Numbered from the stretch's first letter, positions 29,375-42,621 are shown. The stretch is 64,000 nt of DNA from Octopus vulgaris (GCA_951406725.2 OX597814.1:213528001-213592000); one strand, 5' to 3'. Translations and numbers: made by a program. The notes: a model not told the origin generated them from the letters alone.

Positions 29375-30480
29375 TCTCAATTTAATTCACTATCTAACTT
29401 GCTTAACATACGATCTAAAATATATTTGCTAATAATACCTATTTCAGTTTTAGCTGGATTAATTTGTCTGCATTTCAGGCTCCTATTGAAATTAGCTTTG
29501 TGGGCTTTTAGAGTAATAAAGGGCTGGCGTAGGGGGAAATATTCTATCCTATCGCTAACTTTAAGGTTGTTAGTAATTCTTCTTGCACCCAAATTCACCT
29601 CTTTATATAAATTTATGTTGTTTTTTTTTATTGTAGGTGTCTGTAATGTTGTTCGAAAGTAGACGTTTATAAACATCTTTTTCAATCGCGTATAAGTTTT
29701 TTGTCTTATCGGAGTTTACGAAGAACTTATCCGAGTTCTTTATGTCTCTAAGTTTTACTTTCATATCCCTCTGTAGTTGGTTGTTGAATTTGTGGAATTT
29801 AATTTTTCTAATGAGCCCGTAAAGGTCTTTTTCAAAGGCTTCCAATTCCGAAATAGATGGTGGAGTTTTGGAAGATTTAAGTCCATATTTGTTTCCGTTA
29901 GATTTCTGCTTTGTATCAAAGAAGGCTTTCCATCTCATTCTCCGAATAAACTCCTCCGTTTTTTCGATAAGACCCTTGAGGTATTGCTTCTGTGTTGGGA
30001 TGGGTGTACTTTTTGGGTAAAGTTCCAATTCTTTCAGATGATTCTTCTTCCTACATGTCGCTCAAACTTTCTAAAAAAGGAACAGGCTACACAAGAGTAA
30101 GTACATAAATGCGAAACAAGGTGGAAAAAATAGTACTCGAATACCAGAGATAGAGTAATAAAGCAGCAAAAATATTTCAAAAACAGTTACTCAGAGTTTC
30201 ACGTTCCCGTTCGTCGGACAGTTTTGTTTAGAATGGAACAAAAATAAGGTTATATGCAAACATATACAATTAGTTTAATGGATACACATCTGAAAAAGGT
30301 TTTGTTTCATTGGTCCTTTCAACTTACAGTCTTTACAATGACCGGTTGCATGAAGAAAACCTGAAATCAAAAGTAGCTCATAAAGAAGGAGAGAATCTGA
30401 ATATCCAGGGTAAATCATTATTTGTAAAATATTAATCAATTAATACATTAAAAGTTATAACCGTTTTAAAAGAATTCACG
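29375..30480 (-). mobile_element. Penelope-like element 5' part (N-terminus and start of RT, frameshifted ORFs 30028-29603 and 29685-29377) with upstream terminal repeat; possibly Naiad lineage
   Basis: EFIRRMRWKAFF, YGLKS, SDKTKNLY (DKG-equivalent), FITLKAHK, CRQINPAKTEIG motifs; hammerhead at 30179-30226 in sense orientation. Confidence 0.88.
30179..30226 (-). ncRNA. Minimal type I hammerhead motif (core variant CCGACGA)
   Basis: Minus strand AAAACTGT-CCGACGA-ACG(GGAA)CGT-GAAA-CTC-t-GAG-TA-ACTGTTTT; homolog of 41921-41970. Confidence 0.6.
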
Positions 30481-30485
30481 TTGGA

Positions 30486-31320
30486 TTACATATACATCTT
30501 TTTATTGCAAAGTGGAGGTTTATTTATCAGGTATTTAGTAGCTATGCCCAGTTCCTGCATAGCAAAGACATATCCTTCTAAATGAAATGTAATGTACTTA
30601 TTCCAGGTCCAAGAAAGGTCACTCTTCCTGCCAATGCTGTTGTTGCCCTCTAGCTTACAGGATATGTACCCATGCATTGCTTTTGGTTGGTGTGATACCT
30701 GCTTCTCCTCCAAGGTTCTGCTTATATAGGCCAGTCCGGCCTCCTTTGGGTTGAATGAGACAGTTGTATTCAGAGAGTACCCACCAATCGTTCTACTCCA
30801 ACTATAAAGATATTACTTTCATTTTTGAATGTACTCATTTCTGTCTTTACTGTTCAGCTGGTGTTGTCTAATACAATGGGACACTCAAAGTCTGTTTGGA
30901 CTGACCTCATGCTTCTACCGCCATCACTTATCTCACATAAATCCTATCAGTGTTGTTAACGTGGAACTTGCCAATGGTAGTAAGTAACTTTCTAATGTTT
31001 ATGTCTTCACTGCGTATCTCGTTGACTTTCCAGTCCAATATCGCAAATGTTGATACTTGCACTGGCAATGCAAAAGCATTGTGACATATAGTTTTGTTAA
31101 GCGCAAGAAATTCTGAGTTCCATATTTTCCGGAGTCCGCAGAAGTACGATAGTCACAACACCAACGTATGCAAAATTCTCAGCGATTCCGAGGTACTTGT
31201 AACGTTCATCATTAAAGATAGGGGAGGTAAGAAGATAGGAAGCCATAGAGATAGGTACCCGTAGAAATAGAAAGCTGTTGATGTACCTGTTCTTTGGTCG
31301 ACAATATTTCCTCGACTGAC
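30486..31320 (-). mobile_element. Heavily decayed R4/Dong-like LINE RT fragment
   Basis: YKYLGI remnant, SEFLALNKT..NAFA, MHGY and EGYVFAMQE, parallel to HGKY and EGFILAAQD in 46638-48450. Confidence 0.7.
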
Positions 31321-31373
31321 TAACATGTTATGTATGTATATGTATGTGATTATGTGTATGTATATATGTATGC

Positions 31374-31443
<70 letters not shown>

Positions 31444-32148
31444 GTGTATCTGATTTTGTAAATGTGTGTACTTAAAGCGACCTGTTTCTCATCAATTTTT
31501 TTCTCCTTCCCAAGAAACCGATATCATTTTCATATAAACCGCCTATTATATATTGCACCTCTCCGACAATCAGTCTTCTGATCTTATAAACTGAAATTTT
31601 GGACATTTTGATCAGTTCTAATTAATATTAAACTGGTTGGATACATCTAATTATTTATTTAAATCAAGCAATCTACACGCTACACACATTATCTTCAGAT
31701 GTCAACAAGCTATTCTTTGCAATTTTTTCACTCTTCTTTGAGAGAAAATGCAATTTCAGGACGACAACCATTAATTTCCTATTCATTTCTCGTTGAACAT
31801 CAGCTTTTATCAATTTAAATAGGAGCATATAATTGATTTCCTTACAAAGCCAATATTAATATAACTGTCAAAAGTGCTTGTTCACGGATTTGTTTATTTC
31901 TTTATTCAATCAAATTCAAAATAAAATATCAAGTATTATTCGAATTTTGTTTTGATTTCTTTATGAATAACGTCATTTATATCAACATTTACATTTGAAC
32001 ATAATCCAAAGATTTCTAGTTTGGTTTTCAAATTCATTCCATATCTAAATATTCAAAATGACATCGAGTGAAAATCTAAAACTATTTGCTTTATCTTTAA
32101 AGTCACTTTTGAAATTGATGAATACGTTATATATATATATATATATAT

Positions 32149-32187
<39 letters not shown>

Positions 32188-32188
32188 T

Positions 32189-32267
<79 letters not shown>

Positions 32268-32519
32268 GTGCGTATGTGTGTGTGTATGTCTATCTGCTGT
32301 ATGTATGTATTATGTATGTATACTTCTAAGTAATATAATCTGAATGTTATTCTAATGTGAGTTTAAGTCACTCATTTCTTAAATACCTTATTTAAATACT
32401 TTCTCGAAGATTCAGTGAGTTATGTAGAGAAAAATGTGTGCTTGAGTGTGTGTGTGCGTGTTCGATGATGTTTACAACACTCGCTCTGCGATGTAGGTAG
32501 GAAGGTAGGCAGGGAGGCA

Positions 32520-32735
32520 AGTAGGTAGGTAGGTAGGTAGGTAGGTAGGTAGGTAGGTAGGTAGGTAGGTAGGTAGGTAGGTAGGTAGGTAGGTAGGTAG
32601 GTAGGTAGATAGGTAGGTAGGTAGGTAGGTATGTAGGTAGGTAGGTAGATAGGTAGGTAGGTAGGTAGGTAGGTAGGTAGGTAGTTAGGTAGGTAGGTAG
32701 GTAGGTAGGTAGGTAGGTAGGTAGGTAGGTAGGTA
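32520..32735. repeat. (TAGG)n microsatellite interrupted by a SINE
   Basis: Direct reading; resumes at 32990. Confidence 0.97.
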
Positions 32736-32990
32736 GGCGAGCTGGCAGAAACGTTAGCACGCCGGGCGAAATGCTTAGCGGTATTTCGTCTGCATTAAGT
32801 TGTGAGTTCAAATTCCGCCGAGGTCGACTTTGCCTTTCATCCTATCGGGGTCGATAAATTAAGTACCAGTTACGCACTAGGATAAATTAAGTACTAGTTA
32901 CGCACTGGAGTCGATGTAATCGACTTAATACCTATGTCTGTCCTTGTTTGTCCCCTCTGTGTTTAGCCCCTTGTGGGTAATAAAGAAATA
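32736..32990 (+). mobile_element. SINE family A with an internal 28-bp duplication
   Basis: gataaattaagtac.agttacgcact occurs twice in tandem. Confidence 0.9.
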
Positions 32991-33670
32991 GGTAGGTCGG
33001 TAGGTAGGTTGGTAGGTAGGTAGGTCGATAGGTATGTACGTACATATGTACATATGTATTACGTAGACATATAGGTAGACAGGTAGGTTGATTGAAGTGT
33101 GAAGAAGAAAACAGACATTCCTATATAAGATGATAGATAGCTTGATGCAGAAAGAGTCGAAGGAGACTGAAAATGAAGAAAAAATATAAACAGACAGAGA
33201 AAAGTAGGTGTCAGCTCAATAAATGGAAATGTAAGTGAAGATGCATAAACAATCAAATCTTATTGATCCATTTACGTGTTTTCTGTCTTGTCCAGGTCAT
33301 TGCAGGCGGCCCAAAAGTCTTACAAAATGCAGAAAACCGGTATATGAGAATTTGTTTATCTTAAGAAGTATGTGCAACTATGTCGCAGACATCACGAATT
33401 AGTTTTTGAAAGACTTCTACATATTGAAATGAGTAACCCTGCAACCAACTGACCAGCCTTCCTATCAGAGGGAATGTTGGCCTGCTCGCGTAGCTATGGG
33501 GGCGGGCATCATTAGAAAGGTAAAACGCTACAAGCGCATTGTAACCAGTGATGTATAACAATATTTTGATGTGTGTGTGCGTGCGTGTGTGTGTGTGTGC
33601 GTGCGTGCGTGCGTGTGTGTGTGTGCGTGTGTGTAAAAATTAGGAACATGGCTGTCCAATACGTGATATA

Positions 33671-34579
33671 CGAGGTGGTATCAAAAAGGTTCCAGGACTA
33701 GTTATATTTAACAAAAAATAACTTATTTACCTAAATTTTTAACATAATCTCCTTCAAAATAGTCATCTTGCGCAGTGATACACCGGTCTCTGCGTTCCTA
33801 CCTCATTTGGAATCCGGCCTCGAAGTCGTTTTCCGTAAACGAATCGAAGACCTTTTGCGATTCGTTCTGGATCTCGACAACGGTGACATAAGAGCTTCCT
33901 TTTCCTATTGGGGAAGAGATGGAAGTTCACGGGTGATAAATCTGGTGATTAGGGCGGATGTGGAAGCGATGCCATGTTGTTTTGGCCGACAGAACTCACG
34001 GGTGATGAGAGCTTAGTTACAAAGTGCATTGTCCTCATGAAGAATGTAATTCTTCGCGCTCCATAGATCCAGTTGCTTTCGCTGAATATCCTTCCTCGAA
34101 TGCTTTAAAAAGTCGTAGTAGAACTCTTGATTGACGGTCTGGCATTGCGAGCCTAATTCTCGATGCACAATACCATATTTCTGGAGATGGCGCTCGTCTT
34201 CCAGCTCCATCGGTCTTCCAGATCGATCGTCAATTTCCAAAGACGTTCTTCCGCTTTTGAAGCGCCCGTGCCACTCGAAACATGGTGTACGATCCATTGC
34301 CTCGTCGCCGAACTATGTTCAATAACTCTGTAGCAGTCTTCCCAATTCTAACGCAAAACTTCACGTTGGTTTTTGTTCCTGTCCATTACAAAATCGCAGA
34401 CTACAACATACACGTGATCACAGAAGAACAAATTTCAGAACTTGTGAAGTAACCACAGCAATGTCACTCGGCACATTGCCTCCTGAAGGTCACTGCTATC
34501 TCACATTGCGCACCCAACCGTCTGCTGCCATCTGTTCGCGCGCTAAGAACTAGTCCGGGAACTTCTTGATACCACCTCA
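33671..34579 (-). mobile_element. Internally deleted mariner (Tc1/mariner) transposon
   Basis: TIRs cgaggtggtatcaaaaaggttccaggactagt / actagtccgggaacttcttgataccacctca flanked by TA; FEWHGRFKSGRTSLE..DRSGRP, GIVHREL, QTVNQEFY, ILHEDNA motifs. Confidence 0.9.
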
Positions 34580-35127
34580 TATTTCTGTAGTATGATAATT
34601 TCTTCATAATTTGTGTATTACATTTTTTTAAATATACCAGCCATTGCCTCATACACTCGTTTGCTAATTTTAATTCTAATTGCAATGCCTGGTGAAATGG
34701 CTAGTGATTTGCATAATGTAACGCACGAACACTGAATAAATTACCATGCTTTTGAAATATATGTCGTATGTATTGTTCTGTCATTTTCTATTCATTTCCA
34801 ACTGTCAGTTTTCTTTATCACATGACATTATACGCAGCTAATGTTAAGACTGAGGTCTTATATATAGTTGGATGATGTTAATATGTTTCTGATTGAATAG
34901 TCCAAATCACAAAGATCTCTAGTTGATATGGATATTTGATAATTTTAACCATGGAAAGTACTTTACACAGCACAGTATATCTGTATAAAAGAAGGCGCGG
35001 GAGAACCGTTTTGTTATGCACTATATTCCACGAAGAAGTGCGCATTGTGATAACACGTGTTTCCTCACAAAAACAAAGAGCACTTAAATATAATGAGTTT
35101 TTGCATCCGGTTTACAAGATTCATCAA

Positions 35128-35348
35128 GGCGACGAGATGGCAGAAACGTTAGCGCGTCGGGCGAAATGCTTAACGGTATTTCGTCTGCCGCTACGTTCTG
35201 AGTTCAAATTCCGCCAAGGTCGACTTTGCCTTTCATCCTTTCGGGGTCGATAAATTAAGTACCAGTTACGCACTGGGGTCGATGTAATCGGCTTAATCCA
35301 TTTGTCTGTCCTCTCTGTGTTTAGCCCCTTGTGGGTAGTAAAGAAATA
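35128..35348 (+). mobile_element. SINE family A with approximate 14-bp TSD
   Basis: ggtttacaagattc (35109) and ggtttgcaagattc (35349). Confidence 0.9.
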
Positions 35349-35937
35349 GGTTTGCAAGATTCTTTATGAGAATTCGTGTGTTGAAACAAATTTTGTGTCT
35401 CGGGACAGTCATTATGCCAATATTACTAACACACGCACTGTGTTAGTGATATTTGTATAATGAGAGCGCTTTCGTGACAATCGTACTAAATAAGAGTATC
35501 TCGGAGTTGTTTGTAAAGCTTATGCCGTACACTCGTCAAGTAGGCACGTAATGGATTTATGTTGAACACAAGCAAATTTGGGTTTTGCGGAAATCCTACC
35601 TACAAAGCCTTTCGGGATAAGAAAAGATATTTATCAAATATATCACCATTATTAAGAGTTCATAGGGCATGAGTAGTGATTCAGTTTCCAGAGTAGAAAA
35701 CTTATATCTTCTGCTAGAGTCTAGAGATTGATTTCGGAAAAGAAATGAAAGCAGCCATCTTTGACAATTTCCATAACGTGTGCATTTTATGAGTGTAATA
35801 CTTGAGTTTACATGATAATCGTAGTCATGAGCATCGTTTCTTAATGATCGTCGTTAAACTCTGTGTGTATATAAATATATATGCGTATATTCATGTGTGT
35901 GTGTGTGTGTTTGCATCAACAGTCCCATATTTTCTCA

Positions 35938-38028
35938 CAGGAGTGGCTGTGTGGTAAGTAGCTTGCTAACCAGACATGCGCAGTTAGTCGGTTGCTTCTT
36001 GTTGAGCTAGAGCGGACGTGAGTAACAAGCTCTGTCCAACTAAAGAAAAAAGACCAAAAACGGAAAGTTGTCGAGGTAAGTGATTTTGTTTATTGTGAGT
36101 TGGGCATAATTTATTGCGTGCCAATTATTATTTCAGTAGGTTGTGTCCAACTCTGAGACAATTTCGCCTGCGCTAGGCGGCTGCCGTTTTTGTGTTCATT
36201 GAAAAAAAAAAAAAAAAAAAACAGTGGAGGGGCGTATACTCAGGATTCAATACAGTTACTGTTAAAATTACCGTTGGCAGTAACCAGTGCTGTGTTTGAG
36301 TTTGCTGAATTTATTCCCTTGTCAGAGTACTTCGCAAGAAAAGTATAAAAATAAGCCACTATTGGATTACCTTTCGGACCCATTTTTGTGGAGGTTGTGT
36401 TGCAGTTGCGGCGTTCCAGGTTCAACCCAGGCCGGGAGTACCGCAGAATATTTTTGCTGTGTTTTTTCTGTTTATTAACTTTCTTTTGAACTTCATTTAC
36501 CCCCCCCCTTTTTGTTTTTTCTTTATTGCGACTTTCCGTTAATTTCTTCCCTTCTGTTGTGCTTTCTCCTTTTTGTTTTTTCAAAAATCTATCAAATTTA
36601 TTTAGACTTTTGAACTTTTTTCTTCCTGCTTTTGAGTCTAATTTGAATATATTTCTTAAAAAACATGGCAATGAAAAATAACAAAGTTTTGGAGTGGGAA
36701 ATCATACCACCCAAAAGTGGTTGAAGGACCGTGAAGATAGGACGGTGGTGTTGAGAACCTACTCCAAGGCACTTGACACCATCGCCCTATTCGAAAAGAC
36801 GGCAATTGAGGAGGAGTTGGAGGAGTATTTGCCAACAATTAAATTCATTTCAGGGGTGTCAAATATGGAACGGTGTGGTTGCTGTTTGACACCCCTGAAG
36901 AGGCTTGCAAATTTGCTAGCGAACCCTTGGAGGGTAAGGAAATCTTATTCCTGCCCACTTACAAAAAAAATAAATTAATGAAAGCTTCGATCTGCGGACT
37001 GCCACCCGACATAGAACCCGAGTGGATAGAGGAGACTATCCGCCGGGGTCTGGGTGACAGCGAAACTAAGCTCCTCAATGTAAAAGTTCTTCCTGCGGCT
37101 GCTTGGGTTGGCTCGAAAGCAGTTTTGACCCTGTGGACCCAATCAGCCAATCTGGTTTTTCCAGATTTTTTGAAAATGGCCGGGTGCAGGTACCCGGTGA
37201 TGCTTGAGGGTCGCCCCCTAAGTGTCATCGGTGCTTGGAGTCCGGCCACATAAAGAAGAACTGTCCTCGGGAACAAAATAGGATCCCGGAACAGTTAAGT
37301 AAAACCCCTCTAGAAGAGGGAACGATAACGGCCGAGAAAGCAGAGGACTCCTCAAGCAGAGGCCGAAGAGGAAGGTGAGCAACAATGGGTGCTCACCAAA
37401 GGATAATAGGGATGAGGAAAGGAGGGCGAATCTTCCAGCCACGGAGGAGACGCACCCTCCCTCAGTTGAAAAGGGAAAAAAAAAGAAAAAGAGGAAGAAA
37501 AACGGGACGTGGTTGATGGGAGGCGTGGTTGATGGTGGAGGGCGCGGGCACAAGCTATTTCGAGGACGATATGTATTATTAGTAATGGACTTAAGTCCAA
37601 AAATTGAAAAATTGTAAGAGGATTAATACCTCGTTTTGTATTAATAATGGACTGCTAAGCCCAAAATTGGAAAAATTGTAAGAGGTTTAATACCTCGTTT
37701 TGTGTTAATCTTTTTTAAAAAGAACAATGTTTTAGAGAAGCAAAAGTCGGCGGGCGCTTTCTGTCTTCTCCCATCCTTATCATCTTTCTTTCATTATCAT
37801 TCACCTCATTAATGTCCTCGTCCAGCCCGCAAAGCTAACTTAATCTGTGTACTGCCTTTATGGCAAATGTTTTGAAATAAAGTAGCTTGCTAACCAGCCA
37901 CATGGTTCCGGGTTCAGTCCCACTGCGTGGCATCTTGGGCAAGTGTCTTCTGCAATAGCCTCGGGCCGATTAAAGCCTTGTGAGTGGATTTGGTAGACGG
38001 AAACTGAAAGAAGCCTGTCATATATATG

Positions 38029-38063
<35 letters not shown>

Positions 38064-38293
38064 ATGTGTGTGTGTTTGTGTGTGTGTGTTTGTCCCCCTA
38101 GCATTGCTTGACAACCGATGCTGGTGTGTTTACGTCCCCGTTACTTAGCGGTTAGGCAAAAGTGACCGATAGAATAAGTACTGGGCTTACAAAGAATAAG
38201 TCCCGGGGTCGATTTGCTCGACTAAAGGCGGTGCTCCAGCATGGCCGCAGTCAAATGGTTGAAACAAGTAAAATAGTAAAATAATAAAAATAG
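35938..38293 (+). mobile_element. SINE family B split by a 1.9-kb insertion (SINE parts 35938-35973 and 37880-38293)
   Basis: Joining the parts restores the 41347-41765 sequence. Confidence 0.92.
35974..37879 (+). mobile_element. ORF1-only non-LTR retroelement (Tx1/L1-like gag protein, frameshifted, about 36665-37617) with 18-bp TSD
   Basis: TSD aagtagcttgctaaccag at 35956-35973 and 37880-37897; VMLEGRP then (frameshift) KCHRCLESGHIKKNCP CCHC knuckle at about 37220-37267; ends at AATAAA; no RT or endonuclease motifs. Confidence 0.8.
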
Positions 38294-38403
38294 TATATCT
38301 TCAAGTATAAAAATCATGTAGAATGCATCTATGAAGTTGCTATTATGTATACAATTAATTGTATTTATTATGTCATTTTTTCTTTCATGCATATATATAT
38401 ATG

Positions 38404-38619
38404 TATTTCTTTATTGCCCACAGGGGGCTAAACATAGAGGAGACAAACAAGGGGATTAAGTCGATTATATCGACCTCAGTGATTTACTGGTACTTATTTA
38501 ATCGACCCCGAAATGATGAAAGGCAAAGTCGACCTCGGCGGAATTTGAACTCAGAATGTAGCGGCAGACGAATTACGGCTGCGCATTTCGCCCGACGTGC
38601 TAACGTTTCTGCCAACTCC
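38404..38619 (-). mobile_element. SINE family A
   Basis: Reverse-complement homology to 28931-29170. Confidence 0.88.
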
Positions 38620-38842
38620 AACAGACACATATGAGTGTTCTATGCACCATAATTATTTTTTATGCATACATTTGAATATCCGCTCATGTGTACACTCCAT
38701 GTGTACGGGTATCGTACCTGTTATTTACCACGAGGTTGTGCGCCATTGTATATTTGTGTTTGTGCTTATGGAAACATACACACTAGTATCCAGGTTTCAA
38801 CAGCTCGTTTGTGTTTAATTCACGTATATATATTAAATGTGT

Positions 38843-39137
38843 GGAGGCGCAATGGCCTAGTGGTTAGGGCAGCGGACTCGCGGTCGCAGGATCGCGGTTT
38901 CGATTCCCAGACCGGGCGTTGTGTGTGTTTATTGAGCGAAAACACCTAAAAGCTCCACGAGCCTCCGGCAGGGGGTGGTGATCCCTGCTGAACTCTTTCA
39001 CCAATCTTTCTTCTGTTGGCCTGTTCGCTTAGCCAGCGGGGTGGCGTCATTCGAAGGCTAAAACAATGCGAAGCGCATTGTGACCAGCGATGTGTAACAA
39101 CATCTGATGGTCTGGTCGGTCACGTGATCACGTGATA
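38843..39137 (+). mobile_element. SINE: family C head with cacgtgat-type tail
   Basis: Near-identical to 19173-19476. Confidence 0.9.
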
Positions 39138-39754
39138 TATCAAATGCATGAGCCTTTGTTATCCTACTTCCATGTGCAAGTATATGATTGATAGAATGAG
39201 TGTGTATGTGTGTGTGTGTGTGTGCCTCTGGGTGTGCCTCTGGGTGTGCACTTTTTAGCCAGCAGTCTTATTTCAGTTGTTTGCACGTATATGTGTGTAT
39301 AGGCGTGTATGTGAATGATGTTGTTTACAAACTGCTTGACGCGGTCACCGACCTGTCCAACCCTAAAACACTCCCTGTATATTAAAACTGATTATAAATT
39401 CCTCCAATTTCTTTTATCATTATGTTCTCGCCACTTCCAGCCTTACCCTCTCCGTTCTCTCTTCAACTACAATTTCGCTCTCCAACAATCTCTACGGTAC
39501 GCATGCACAACAACAAATTTACTACTAATTCATCTTAATATTCCTGTGTTTCCGCACCCATTTCCGAAAACTGTCGTTGTATGAAACATCAAAAATTCTT
39601 CTCTAACGATTTACGTACGAACGTAAGAAATTATAGACTTTACGAAAAAATACAATTTCTGCCTCCGCCGTGGACCACTAAATGGTCTCGCTGCATTTCG
39701 TTGTTTTACCCATCTACGTATGTGTACGTGTGTGTATAGATCTATATGTATGAA

Positions 39755-40140
39755 GGAGGCGCAATGGCCCAGTGGTTATGGCAGCGGACTCGCGGTCGTA
39801 GGATCGCGGTTTCGATTCCCAGACCGGGCGTTGTGAGTGTTTATTGAGCGAAAACACCTAAAGCTCCACGAGGCTCCGGCAGGGGATGGTGGTGATCCCT
39901 GCTGTACTCTTTCACCACAACTTTCTCTCACTCTTACTTCCTGTTTCTGTTGTACCTGTATTTCAAAGGGCCGGCCTTGTCACTCTCTGTGTCACGCTGA
40001 ATATCCCCGAGAACTACGTTAAGGGTACACGTGTCTGTGGAGTGCTCAGCCACTTACACGTTAATTTCACGAGCAGGCTGTTCCGTTGATTCGGATCAAC
40101 CGGAACCCTCGTCGTCGTAACCGACGGAGTGCTTCCATCC
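39755..40140 (+). mobile_element. Full-length SINE family C with 11-bp TSD
   Basis: TSD atatgtatgaa at 39744-39754 and 40141-40151. Confidence 0.92.
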
Positions 40141-41057
40141 ATATGTATGAACACACACACACACATACGTGTATACACGCATAATAGTGAAGGTCAGGCT
40201 AACATGAATATTTATGCGTCATTTAGATAAGCTCGCTATCTTCATGTACTGTCACAAAATTCTGTTAATTATTCCTTATCAAGGTATTAGGATGGTCAAG
40301 ATCGCTATGCTATGACAGTCGAACAAAGCGTTGAAACTTTGCTTTCTATTTAATCCTGTTCCTTTCATTTGAGTTCGTCTGGTTTAGAGTTATACTTTCA
40401 TTTCCCTGAGATCGGTCAACAATTTACAACTGTAATTAATATGTTACAAATTATTTATTCTCCTCCACATAACATTGGTATTATTCTCAGTTGGTCATTA
40501 TTATGTATAAGTATGAACGATACATAGCCTCCCACAGAGAGAAAGTAATTGATTTCAATTCCATCGCTAATGCTTTTGAGGAAAAAACATGGATTTCAGC
40601 CCTGTTTCTTAATTCTATAAATGTTTTTCTCTGCTTAATCAAGGGATAAATCGGAGACAAATTGTCGGGGAAATGTAACGAAAAACGGTATATTAGATAT
40701 GTACTTTTAAAAATAACTGTTTCCCCAATTGTTTCTTTCGCACGTTCACTTGGCTCAAAGACCGTCTGAGTATACGAGAACTGAGCGAAGCTCTATCGTC
40801 TACATATATGTTCATGCATTAAAAATTCGTGAGATATATCGGTGTCGTAGATAGTTGCATGCAGCAGATATCGCAAAGCTTATATTTATAGAAATTGGTA
40901 AAATTTCATAGAAAATATAAATTGATTCTATCAGTTGTAGTCGTTGTAGCGTTTTTTTTTATCAACAAAAAATTATATTCACCAGACTACAGATGATTTA
41001 TAGTTGTTTCAAGTTCAGATACGTTTGATGTGTGTGTGTGTGTGTAAGCATTTTTTG

Positions 41058-41170
41058 CGTAATAAGATAAAAAACCAAGGCTGTGTAGATATTAGAGCAT
41101 TTATAGATAGACCTTCTATCTATAAATGCTCTAATATCTATACAGCCTTGGTTTTTTTTATCTTATTACG
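41058..41170. repeat. Near-perfect hairpin (about 54-bp arms, 3-nt loop) terminating the 41115-41325 repeat
   Basis: cgtaataagataaaaaaccaaggctgtgtagatattagagcatttatagataga-cct-reverse complement. Confidence 0.93.
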
Positions 41171-41346
41171 TAAACAATTCTTATATACACACGCTGACAT
41201 AAAACCAACGCTGAACCCTTTATTCGCAATATTACTGAATCTGGAACTTAACTATGGTTTGTCTATAGCACTTATTCTGTATTACCTCAACACCTTTGGG
41301 TCTCAATGACACCATTATCTTTTATGTATATATATATATATATATA

Positions 41347-41763
41347 GGCGCAGGAGTGGCTGTGTGGTAGGTAGCTTGCTAACCAACCACATGGTTCCGG
41401 GTTCAGACCCACTGCGTGGCACCTTGGGCAAGTGTCTTCTGCTATAGCCCCGGGCCGACCAATGCCTTGTGAGTGAATTTGGTAGACGGAAACTGAAAGA
41501 AGCCTGTCGTATATATGTATATATATATATATATAATTGTGTGTGTGTATATGTTTGTGTGTCTGTGTTTGTCCCCCTAGCATTGCTTGACAACCGATGC
41601 TGGTGTGTTTACGTCCCCGTCACTTAGCGGTTCGGCAAAAGTGACCGATAGAATAAGTACTGGGCTTACAAAGAATAAGTCCCGAAGGTCGATTTGCTCG
41701 ACTAAAGGCGGTGCTCCAGCATGGCCGCAGTCAAATGACTGAAACAAGTAAAAGAGTAAAAGA

Positions 41764-41765
<2 letters not shown>
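41347..41765 (+). mobile_element. Full-length SINE family B
   Basis: tRNA-like head, internal microsatellite, gtaaaagagtaaaagagt tail; multiple homologs in the window. Confidence 0.92.
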
Positions 41766-41820
<55 letters not shown>

Positions 41821-41823
<3 letters not shown>

Positions 41824-41975
41824 CGGAGTAAACACATAAATGTGAAACAAGGTGGAAAAAAGAGTACTCAAATACCAGTGGTAGAGTAATATGCTTTATT
41901 TTAAGCAGCAGAAAATTCAACAAAATCTGTTACTCTGAGTTTCTCGTTGCCGTTCATCAGACAGTTTTTGCTAGA

Positions 41976-41978
<3 letters not shown>
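41821..41978 (-). mobile_element. Solo PLE terminal-repeat fragment inside (TA)n
   Basis: Homologous to 30094-30235; carries a hammerhead. Confidence 0.8.
41921..41970 (-). ncRNA. Minimal type I hammerhead ribozyme motif
   Basis: Minus strand CAAAAACTGT-CTGATGA-ACG(GCAA)CGA-GAAA-CTC-a-GAG-TA-ACAGATTTTG: stem I 9 of 10 paired, GUA triplet. Confidence 0.72.
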
Positions 41979-42031
<53 letters not shown>

Positions 42032-42621
42032 TGTGGCGTAAGACAGATAGTCTCGAGTTGTTTGTGTTTTATTAATTAATGAATTATGTAACAGTCATTA
42101 ATATGCACAATTGCTGTGACTCCACACATTTATATTTTATTGACGCGACGCTGTTTATGCCCTAATAAACCTTAAGTATGCACGAGCACATATACTGTGA
42201 TATAAATAGATGATATTTGAACAAAAAGAAAATTGTACATAAGACAGCAAGCAGAAAATGAAAGATGAAGTTAATCATCTGAAATATTAATTGCTCTGAA
42301 TGAAAATTTTACTATGTAATCTTTTTAGTGCGTAACTGATTTAATGACGCAGTTATTTTATGTGGCTGAGATACATCATGTACTCTGAAATATGTGTAAC
42401 TTCCAAAATAATCTGCAACCATTTGTCAAGCTTAGAAAGAGCACAAGGTTTTATCGTTTACCACAACTCCCTAGAATTTAACTTTGGCTTGCAGCCAATA
42501 GCAATATATTTCTTCAGTCAAATTTACCTTAGACATCAGCGACAAGTAATAAATACCAATTCTAAGCGCCTGAAGTTGAAAGTGATAGCTTAAAGGATTA
42601 GAACTCGAGTCTAGTTGTTAT

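Noticed and set aside
39330-39690. LINE 3' end remnant
   Set aside because: Only vague resemblance; no motif strong enough to call
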